DNA from: the human T2T-CHM13v2.0 reference genome, Homo sapiens | Direction: 5' to 3' (one strand) | Assembly (NCBI RefSeq): GCF_009914755.1 | Contig: NC_060941.1 | DNA: 64,000 nucleotides | Part shown: positions 52,213 through 64,000 of the stretch, one piece after another | How positions within the stretch are numbered: the first letter of the stretch is position 1 | Layout of the letters: every line of letters starts with the position of its first letter | Notes under the pieces: model-generated | Databases searched by the model: none | Told to the model about the DNA's origin: nothing | Seen by the model: the letters and a program-made list of their open reading frames with translations, nothing else | Program-made: the position numbers and the translations under genes

Positions 52213-52689
52213 CTGGCCCCTTCTGGTTTTTTTTGTTTTTTTTTTTGTTTTTTTTTAAGAAAAGTCTGTCTCTATAATTATGTATCAATATATGAAATAA
52301 TTGCTATGTGTATCTTTATATGTACTGGATCCATTTTCCATTCAGACATCTGCCCTGTTTTTCAGTGATCTGTACTGCCATGTGTATCAGTAGAATATCC
52401 GAGGTACTGATAAGCGTCCAGTTTGTAAATGTCTTGTGTATTTCAGTAGATGGCTGCGTCCTTACTTCTTTTCCTTTTAGGGGTCCGGCCTTCCCCTTCT
52501 GATCTGGACTTTCTTTATTCCACTTTCTTGCCTTATTAAGGTGCGGATGGATTGTTTGTTCCTTTTCCTCTGATTTTGCTGTTTGGGGACCCCCAGTTGT
52601 ATATTTTGCATTTTCTGGCAATAATAGGTGTTTTAATGAGCAGTTAATGCTATTTTAGGCATAGCTATCTGGCTCTCTTACTGGGCAGC

Positions 52690-53870
52690 ACTTCCTGGGC
52701 AGCCCCATTTAAACCTGTGGCTTCACCTGTCACTTTATAAACTAAAGATCTCAAAGCTTTGTCTTCACCCGAGATGCCCCCCAGGAGCTTCCAAACTCCA
52801 AGCCAGGTGTCTGGCAGACATCTCCATTTCACTGTCCCAGGCAGATTTAATGCCTCTGAAACAGAGTTCATCTCCTCTTGCCTGCGCAAAAAACACACAC
52901 CCCAACAGAAACAAACACACACCCACACCCACACACCCACCCCAGTAAAAACCAAACCAATAAAACACCACTCAGAAGCTCTCCCTTTCCCCTGAGCTGC
53001 TGCTTTAGATGTGTGGCCCCGCAGGTACCTTACCCTCAGAGCAGAAATCCAGGCATCCCTGGCAGCCTTCCTTCCTCACCCCTCAGTCTTGCTGGTGCCC
53101 AGATGGGAGCTGGCAGAGATGTCTCCTGGATGGGCGCTCACTTTGCTCTTCTGTAGCCTTGGTGGCTTAGCCCCAGACCACTCCTCCTTACAACAGCCTC
53201 TGGACCCTGAGTCTACCCCTCACTCTTCTGCTCGTCCTTGGGGCTGCTGCCAGAGAGATCGGTACATTGTAAACTTGACTGTGCTGCCTGCAAGTTTCAA
53301 ATGATGAAGTGCCTGCACCTCATCTTTATTTATTTATTTATTTAATTTTTTTGAGACAGAATCTCGCTCTGTTGCCCAGGCTAGAATGCAGTGGTGCCAT
53401 CTCGGCTCACTGCAGCCTCCGCCTCTCTCCTGCCTCAGCCTCAGCTGGGATTACAGGCGTGAGCCACTTCGCCCAGTCCACGTACCTCATCTTTAAGATG
53501 AGGTTCCCAGCTTAAGCTTGGCTCCCAGAATCCTTTGTCATTGGCCTTCTGCCTGTCCTGCAGCCTCCTCTCCATGGCGAGGCCTCCACACCCACTGCAC
53601 AGTCTAATTATGTCGAATTTCTTGCTGTTTCCTAGGTATACCATTTTTTGTCATGATCTTGGTGCCTTGACCACATACTTGCCTGGAATACCTTTCCTGC
53701 TTTCTCACCTGGCTGACTCTAGCTGGCTGCATGCAGTTGCTCCTGGTGGAGGTTCCTCTCTGTGCACTGGCAGCCGCTGTAGGGTCCTGACACTCCACTG
53801 GTCTCTCTGCCTCTCTCTGTCACCTTCCCTGCAACTGCCAGTGTTCCCAGGGTGAGAATCAAATCCTCAT
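52690..53870. mobile_element. L2 fragments (also ~29200-29500 and ~32600-33070)
   Basis: Degenerate L2 ORF2/3' motifs (acatctccatttc...; gtgctcaataaatgtttgttgaat at ~29232). Confidence 0.55.
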
Positions 53871-54059
53871 GCCCTCAAAAATAGATTTCTCGGCCAGGCA
53901 CGGTGGCTCACACTTGTAATCCCAGCACTTTGGGAAGCTGAGGCAGGTGGATCACTTGAGGTCAGGAGTTTGAGACCAGCCTGGCCAACATAGTGAAACC
54001 CCATCTCTATTAAAAATACAAAAATTAGCTGGGCGTGGTGGCGTACATCTGTAATCCTA

Positions 54060-54194
<135 letters not shown>

Positions 54195-54939
54195 CTATGA
54201 AGAGTAGAGGGTCTTGCAGTGTATGCTTTCGTTTCTTGCATCACTTCTTCTCTGTCAGTGAAATTTTGTTTTTTGTTTTTTTTTTACTCTAATCCCATGA
54301 CATAATGAAAATTTTGACAAAAGGTTACATTGGAACATAGTCGTTTGGTCGGCTGTATTTACTATTTATGGTTCAAAAGAATCTGATGCAAATCATGTTT
54401 TGTGAGTAAAATAGTTCAGTGAACTGAAGCTTATAATCCCTCTAGTTGCCTGAAAAGCGTGTCCTGGTTTATGTGTCACTTAGTGTTTTGAGTGGCTTTT
54501 CTCCTGTAGTGATGAATACAAAGTATATACAAAATCCTATTTCTTTGGTTCTCCTACAGAACATAAATTTATTTTAAGTAAAATTCTTGACTCTGGTGGA
54601 ATGGTAATCTGACTTTAAGATTTCTCCAAATTTAAAACCCAAGAGTTATTACATAATTCTTGTTTTCTTAATAAATAAGTTATTCCATAGCATGAGGTAG
54701 GCCTAATCACAAAATGTGTGTGTTTCTTTTCTTTTTCCTAGTTTAATGCTTGTGTATGTATTAAAAATCAAGGCCCAGAACTAAAAGCTACAGGGTACAT
54801 ATTTTAAGAAGTAAATTGATTTAAGTGGTCATTGGTATGTTGCAGGATTTATGGCATTAATATTTAGAAAGCTCTTCTCCAAACACGTATTATCTTCATT
54901 TGAATTTTCTCACACAAAGTTGGTTTATAATGTAAATTC

Positions 54940-55405
<466 letters not shown>

Positions 55406-55787
55406 TGAGCCACCATGCCTGGCCATAACTTTTATTTAAAAGTTTTTCAAACGAATGGTTTTTTTCAACAGGCTGTATAAATAGGCTCTTATTACATCAT
55501 GTTTTCATGTGACGGATTTAACATACACTAGAAGGAGACTGTTTGCTTTATGTACTTCTCCAAATTGCTGTTCTTGAGTTTATTTAGTGATGTCCACGTT
55601 ATATTAACAAGCATGTGGGCTGGGCATGAGCCACCGTGCCTGGCCATAACTTCTATTTTTGTATTTTTAGTAGAGATGGGGTTTCACCATATTGGCCAGA
55701 CTGGTCTCGAACTCCTGACCTCATGATCCACCCACCTTGGCCTTCCAAAGTGCTGGGATTACAGGCGTGAGCCATCGTGCCCGGCCT

Positions 55788-56350
55788 GTAACCACTTTTA
55801 AGTGCAGAGTTCAGTGGCACTAACTAAATTCACATCGTTGTGCAGCCACCACCACCATCCATCTCCAGAACTTTCTCATCTCCCCAAATCGAAGCTCTGT
55901 CCCCATGAAACACTCATTCCCCATTCTTCCTTTCCCCAGCCCCTGGCAGCCACCATTCTTTCTGTCCCTATAAATTTGACTACTCTCGGTACCTCTTATG
56001 GGTAGAATGACACTTGACCTTTTGCGTAACTTGGTAGTTACTTGACCTTTTGTGTAACTGGGTTTTTTCACTTAGCCTAATGTCTTCAAGGTTCACCCAT
56101 GTTGTAGCTTTAGTTTTTGGGTAGTACTTGACCTTTTGTGTAACTGGGTTTTTTCACTTAGCCTAATGTCTTCAAGGTTCATCCATGTTGTAGCATGTGC
56201 AGAATTCCCTTCCTCTTCAGGGGTGAATTGTACTCAATTGTATATGCCACATTCTGAATTGAATTGTACTCAATTGTATCTGCCACATTCTGCTCATCCA
56301 TTGACTTACCGATGGACGTTGGGTTGTTTCTACCTTTTGGCTGTTGTCTG
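55788..56350 (-). mobile_element. L1M (MB-like) 3' region with internal tandem duplications
   Basis: gtgcagagttcagtggcact...ccatctccagaactttctcatctcccc...cagcccctggcagccaccattct...aggttcatccatgttgtagcatg. Confidence 0.8.
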
Positions 56351-56395
56351 TACTATACATTTTTAAAGTTTCAATTACATTTTATAGCTTTCTTT

Positions 56396-56435
<40 letters not shown>

Positions 56436-56459
56436 AGACAGTCTCACTCTGTTGCCTAG

Positions 56460-56645
<186 letters not shown>

Positions 56646-56663
56646 TGATCCACCCAGCTGTAG

Positions 56664-57262
<599 letters not shown>

Positions 57263-59551
57263 TGAACCACCGCTCCCGGCCCTTGTCTTTTATATTTGAT
57301 AGATTCCAGATCCAAAAGACAAGTTCCTTGAGGAATTCAACCACCACTATTTTATTCCATCTGTTGAAAATACAGCTTTAATTTACAGCTCATGATTGCC
57401 ATTGTTGTTAATTTTTTAACAAAGAAAGAATAGCATGTAAAAGCTGGTGTGGAATGATGAGCTGAGTGGTGACCCACTTAAATAAAAGGGTGAACTCCTG
57501 TGCTAAGGGAATGGAGGTGGTAGAGAAGATAGAGAATTCTGTAGATGACCCTACCCCCCGTTAAGTGTTCAAGTCATAGTGTTACTCCTGATTTTCTTTT
57601 CTTTGTTCTTCAGAGTGTGATTTAAATTTTAAGTGCTTCAAGGTCTATGAAGTACAACCTGCACAGTAGATATTTAATAAACAGTGAGTGATCAGTATTT
57701 TCCTGATGGATTAAAGCACTCCTATTGGCAGCCTACTGACTCTGTGGAGTTATTATTCTGGTTCATGAAACCAGATAATATTTCCATAGCTCATTGCATT
57801 CCTTTATGTGGGCAAACACATGGCATCTTTAAAAGCTGACAGCTGCAGTTCCCTAGAACACCAAATGCTTTTCTGAAGTCCACAAATTTCTCTTTTACAC
57901 TCTGGAAAGTAAAACCGTACTCTGCCAAGTCCAGGCGGATCTGAAGGGGAATATGCACACTGCTATTTTGTTGTTAGAGAGAGATTTGTACTCAGTTTGC
58001 TCTTTATTAGACCAAAAATTTTTCAGATTAGGAATGGTTTTTGAATATCATGCATGTTTTGGTTTCCTTTGGATGCTTTCAGCATCATGTGATTGCTTTA
58101 AACACATGAAAAGCAAAGAGAAATAAAACCTTTCATAGCCCTGTAGACATTCTTGTTTGCCTAGGGCTTAAGTGATTGTGGCATGCAAAGTATTTGACAT
58201 TCAAGATTTATTGACGGAGACCAGGTATCTTAAGTATAAAGATTTGTATTTAAAGATGTGTATACCTCCATTTTTTTCTAACTAGTGTCTTTATAATTCT
58301 CTAACAGGGATTGGTTGTCTTTGTACTTTTATTTTGATAATCGAAAAACTACATGGATGCGTTGAGATCATCTGTATAGCATGCTTACAGCTGAGCACTA
58401 TCAGCACATGGTTAGCTTTTATTTTTTGTGGACAACAAATAATACTGTTTTAATGGCTGAAAGTAAATACAAAAAGAATAGGGATGAAATTACTATGTAA
58501 GTGATGTGTTTGAGCGAACTATAGACTGGGGTGCTTACTTTGCAGATGGGGAGCTGTACAAATAAAGATTTAAATAGAGTAAAACGATGGGAGTAGTGAG
58601 TCATCAGACAGCTTCTGTCCAGTTTGAAAGAAGCTGTGCCCCTCCTGTTCAGTTCCATATTCATTTTGAAGGGGAAATTGGTCTTCAACAAATTGTCATT
58701 TTCCCCATGAAATGTATGTTGTTTACATTTTATAATTGTATGAGCTTTTTTGTTTTAGAAACTAGTTTGTTTGCACCTATTTAAGTAACGTTATAATAAA
58801 AATAACTGGCCAGTCAAGGTGGCTCACGCCTATAATCCCAGTCCTTTGGGAGGCCAAGGCAGGCAGATAACTGGGGGTCAGGAGTTTGAGGCCAGTCTGG
58901 CCAACATGGTGAAACCCTGTCTGTACTAAAAATACAAAAATCAGCTGGGCATGGTGGCACCCACCTGTAATCCCAGCTCCTGGGGCGGCTGAGGCGAGAG
59001 AATCACTTGAGCCGCGGGGATGGGGGTGGGATGGAGGTTGCAGTGAGCTGAGATTGTGCCACTGCACTCCAGCCTGGGCAATAAAATGATACTCTATCTC
59101 AAAAAAAAAGTTAATTAAAAAATAAAAATAACTGGTCAATAGACTGAGTTCTGCAAGGGGGAAAAAGTAACTGGTCAACATTAAAGGTTCAAGGACACGT
59201 TTCTCTTTTAAAAGGAGGGTTTGTACATGACTCAGGCTTCATGAAGGATTTCTTTGCCATAGAGATTTTGCTTTACTTTCATGAATCCAAATCAGCTGGG
59301 TCCTTAAATTGGTTCTTTTTTTTTTTTTTTTTTTTTTTAAACAACCAGAGGTTAAGGAAGGGAGGGGAATAAACATCCTTGTATTTTCCTGTTTGTGTTT
59401 AACATGAGTGCCTGGTTGGCTCAAGTACTATATTTTAATTTTTGTTTGTTTCCCTTCCCTCCCCTCCCCTCCCCTCCCTTCCTTCCTTCCTCTCTTTCTC
59501 TCTTTCTTTCTCTTCTTTTCTTCTTTCTTCTTCTTCTTTTTTTTTTTTTAA

Positions 59552-59907
59552 ACAAACCCTTGTGTTGAGGGCTGACTTTCAATAGATCGCAGTGAGGGAG
59601 GTGCTCTGCTACATACAAATCCCCGACCCAGAATTCTGCAGGTCGTCTATGAATGGTTTAGAGCCAGGTTCCCCACGAACATGGGTGGCCCAACGGGCAA
59701 GGGGGCGACTGCCTTTCCCAGGACGAGGGGCTGTCTGCACCGGACCCCAGTCCTGGCGCTCGGCGGGGGAGGGACCGGCTGTCTGAGGCCATTGGAGGCC
59801 AACCGAGGCCCCACGGGCACTGCTGTATCCGTCTGCCTGGGTGGGATTCTGACTTAAAGGCGTTCAGTCATAATCCCACAGATGGTAGCTTCGCCCCATT
59901 GGCTCCT
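59552..59907 (-). pseudogene. Retroposed 28S rRNA 3'-terminal fragment (LSU-rRNA / SINE28-type)
   Basis: The reverse complement matches the 28S 3' end (GGAGCCAATGGGGCGAAGCTACCATCTGTGGGATTATGACTGAACGCC ... GATCTATTGAAAGTCAGCCCTC-ACACAAGGGTTTGT). A/purine-rich tail at ~59430-59550. TSD TGGCTCAAGTA at 59417-59427 and 59913-59923. Confidence 0.93.
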
Positions 59908-60118
59908 TATTGTGGCTCAAGTATTTTTAAATATGGGCAACCCTTCAGTGCAAGGAATCAAATTAGTACTGATTTGACAGCCATTTTAATTGAAGTTGAT
60001 ATTGACTGGTAAGGCTGAGATGAGAATGGAAAATAGGAGTGACAGTGTCTTCAATTTCTTCTGGGTGTAATTTAGATCTGTGCAAAGTAACATGATGTAT
60101 ATTTTGACTGCATTATTA

Positions 60119-60430
<312 letters not shown>

Positions 60431-60822
60431 TCAAAAAAAAAAAAAATGTGTTGTGGATTCTCATAGTCATGTTTTCTTTTTCATGAAGGACATTTTGGAG
60501 TGCTTTGTAGGTGATGTTAAGATCCTCACCTAAAACTATATCATGTTTTTACCTTTAAAAGCTTAAAACACTTAAAGCTATTTAGTTTGAGAATATTGGC
60601 CACGTACCAGGGAGACAGGGGAGTTCGGTATGCCATCGGCCAATAGGACACAATTCTCCAGCAGCTTCTGCCTCCTGGACTCTTGTTACTTCCTGGAGGG
60701 GATTGACGTAGCTCCTGCCGCTGTGCTTGGTCTGGAGCTTGCAGTGGCAACTGAGCCCCTTGAGTTCTGCTCTCAGCGAGTATAGAGTCTGTGAAAATCG
60801 ATGATACGAATTGGACTTACCC

Positions 60823-61525
60823 TGTCACACCCAACTAAACTGGAGTCGAGGGACCAGGGGAGAAGAAAAGCTGGGACACAGAGCGTCTGCCCCGGGATTA
60901 TCTTGAAGGCCAGCTGCCAAAGTGACCTGCTGTAACTTTAAGACCAGTGTTAACTCCTTGCTGCTGAAATGAATTACTGTGACTCTAAGACTGGTTTTTC
61001 TCAGCACCATCCCTCCCTCATCAGTCAGAGCTTGCCAGCTCCCAAAAACTTCACTAGTACCAATGAGTTTTCAAAACAGTATGTCACCTTTCTTTCTTTT
61101 CTTTCTTTTTCTCCTCCTCTTCCCTCCTCTTTGGTTTTATACTTTAGCTATGAAGGCCATTTACCAGAGTCAAACTTGTTGTTAACAAGCAGAATTTTTA
61201 AGTTCATTCAGAGAGTCCCTCAGACTTTTCTGAGCCTGTTCACTTGCAGAGAGCAGACGCTGTCACCATGTTCTTCGTGTCATGCATTCACATGGATATT
61301 CAGTCTTCATATGCTGTCAAGTTTCTTTAAGATCAAAGGAGCGGCTCGCAGCGGGGCCACATAGATGATGACTTTTCTCTTTCTCATAAAACCCCCAGCC
61401 TTCCGTTTTTTCTTCGCACATACCGAAGAGCACCTGGTCTTTCTCTATGCCCCAAGTTGCAATTCTCTTTTCCCAAATGAAACTGTTTTAGGGATTCAGC
61501 TTTATATTTTTATTTGACCTTGACA
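60823..61525 (+). mobile_element. ERV1-type solo LTR (family uncertain)
   Basis: TGTCA...TGACA inverted termini, about 700 bp, with a TATA-like cataaaaccccc and a degenerate polyA signal near the 3' end. Confidence 0.6.
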
Positions 61526-62850
61526 AGCCCAGGGTGAAGATGATACTGCTTGGCCTGGAGAGGAGCCTGGGCTCCTGGGTGGCAGCCAGGGATCCTGCCA
61601 CTGAACCGCAATTTGCAAAATACTTAAAGAACATATAACAGGTCTAAGAACAACATTTAGAGAGTGCTTGTGTGGCAATATCTTGTTTATTGCCCACACT
61701 TACTTTGTGGGTAGGCTCTTTCATCCCACTTTACAACTGAGGAAACAGGTTGAAATTGGTTACTAAGTGATTGCCCTGACCTGGCTGCCTCGCCTGCTGA
61801 CAGCGGTGTGGGCTGACCCGGTACCGTGCCCCCGAGCAGGCAGAGCGCCTGTGCCCACCTGGAGGCCATCAGCCCACGGCGCTCAGGCACTTGGCTTTCA
61901 TAATTCCCAACAGGGCCAGTTTGCAGTCTTTGCTTTAAAAGACCTCTCTGGGAGTCACTCTGAACCAATTCTGGTTTGAGGGAGGACTGCCCAATTTGGT
62001 CAATTAAACTCAATTTTTTGAAAAACCTCCCAATTTCCCCCCACCTCTTTTCCCTTTTGCTCTGTCTGGTGTGATCCGTCTCCCTGCTGGGCAGTAACCC
62101 TTTTTCCCAGCGCTCCCCCTTTGTTGGTGGCTTTCCTTCTGTTTGCTTGGACAGGAGGCCTTTGCTTCCAGGTTGTCCAGCTGGGATTCAAATCAAGGTC
62201 CATTGACACAAGAGCCCAGGCTCTAATTTGCTCTGCCATATGCCTCCCCGGTTTGTGTCTTAGTCCTAGAATGACAGTGCTGGAGGAGTGGAGGGAAAGG
62301 ACACTTGGATAGCTGAGTTGCAGACATGATAATTGGGTGGGTGCGGGTGAGGGTGGTGGTGATGCGGAGTGGGAGGAAGTTGCTAGGAAAGCTGAGCTTA
62401 AAATAGCTGAAGGCCATAGATACTGGTACAGTGTGGAGTCTGGCAGATAATTGTGTGGCAGAGAAGGCTTTTGTCCTGAGAATAGTAGATGACCTCCCAG
62501 AACTGTGGGAACAACAGTCTCATGTTTACATTTATTCAGGCCACAATGGAGCTGAGCAATTCGCTTCCTGACATGAATTCTTTCTCTTCCAAGTAGATCG
62601 TGTTTCCTTATTCTGTGGAAAACGTTAATGCCATTAGAAGCCAGATTGAGGGCTACCTGTAACCGGAAACCTCTGCAGAGAACATCCTGTTACTCAGTAC
62701 CCCTTTTTCTTCATTTATTTTATGAAAGTTCCCTTTCCACTTGACTGATATTTATCTTCAGGGCCATATTTTCTCCTTCTGTCAACCGAATATAGTATAC
62801 GTAGCTAATCAATGAATTAGATAACTAAATCCATATATTTCCTCTTCTTC

Positions 62851-63242
62851 TGTGAACCCCGAATATCTGAGACAGGTCTTAGTTAATTTAGAAAGTTTAT
62901 TTTGCCAGGATTGAGGACGTGCCTGTGACACAGCCTCAGGAGGTGCTGACAACATGTGCTCAAGGTGGTCAGGGCACAGCTTGGTTTTACTTATTGTAGG
63001 GAGACAGGAGACATCAGTCAGTATATGTAAGATGTACATTGGTGCTGTCCAGAAAGGCGGGACAACTCGAAGCAGGGAGGGGGTCTCCAGGTCGCAGGTG
63101 GGTGAGAGAGGCAGCCAGAAGCATTTTTCTCAGTGAGTAGAGGGGTGACTTTGAGTGGAATGGGAGGCAGATTTGCCTCCCAGTTTGACTTTTCCTTTTA
63201 GCTGAGTGATTTTGGGGCCCCAAGATTGATTTTCCTTTCACA
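62851..63242 (-). mobile_element. MER4A-like ERV1 solo LTR with internal deletion
   Basis: tgtgaaccccgaatatctgagacagg...ttttcctttcaca. Aligns to the 2109-2891 copy. Confidence 0.8.
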
Positions 63243-63729
63243 ATTTATATGATAAGGGGAGTGTTTTATTCCCAGTGCCTGAACTGAAGTATGATCATTT
63301 TTTTTGCCATTATCTTCCTTTGGCCTTTTCTTTTCTCTGTAGAAGGCAGGAGACCTAATATGCTCCTATTTATACCTAGTTCCTTTTTTTAGTCGGCTAA
63401 TTATTTACTTAAAATAACTGGTTCCTAGCAAAGTCTCATGAGATTTACATCTTGTAATTTTAGGGTCATGAGTGAGATAATTATTTTAGTTTGGTGAACA
63501 CATGGATTTTATTTGGTGCATTTCCAAAGTTTAGTAGAAAAGATAAATGTCAAATGAAAATGTTTAGTGTTTTAAACTGTTTGCATTCAGAAGGTCCCCC
63601 TCCTCATCTTGTGCATAGCTCAGCTGGTTCCTGGACTGTGGGCCTGACAGCGGCTTTACTTCATTGCCAATAGTGTCTTCCTCCTTGAGAGGTTCATGTG
63701 TTGCACAGAACAGTAGCCACACTTATTGA

Positions 63730-63981
<252 letters not shown>

Positions 63982-64000
63982 TAGCCTCCCCAAGGACCAC

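Noticed and set aside
59552-59907. Functional rRNA gene
   Set aside because: Only the 3' fragment, with CpG decay, a tail and a TSD, so it is a retrocopy.

Overview
Human (primate) genomic DNA, very Alu-dense (about 65 or more Alu/FLAM copies, counted by eye). It contains the CpG-island promoter and first three exons of SEC14L1 on the + strand: non-coding exon 1 ending at 38714, non-coding exon 2 at 40253-40357, and exon 3 at 41174-41266 encoding [21 protein letters not shown], the start of the PRELI/MSF1 domain. A long intron then runs off the window. Nearly all ORFs in the supplied track are Alu, simple-repeat or CpG-island artefacts. Other elements are ERV1 and MaLR LTRs (MER4, LTR8, THE1, MST, MLT1), L1/L2/MIR/MER2/MER5A fragments, an Alu-split U4 snRNA pseudogene and a retroposed 28S rRNA 3' end. 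The most interesting signal is the spliced SEC14L1 5' leader, which looks like a compact translational-control cassette. It has a uORF whose AUG overlaps a possible alternative donor, a perfect 11-bp hairpin with a second uAUG in its loop, and a UAAUG stop-start junction leading into an out-of-frame ORF that overlaps the main start codon. Also notable are a ~53-nt two-hairpin, A-tailed LTR-like mini-retrocopy and several template-switch or inverted-duplication scars. Repeat subfamily names are from recall of consensus sequences, not from a search, and repeat boundaries are approximate.
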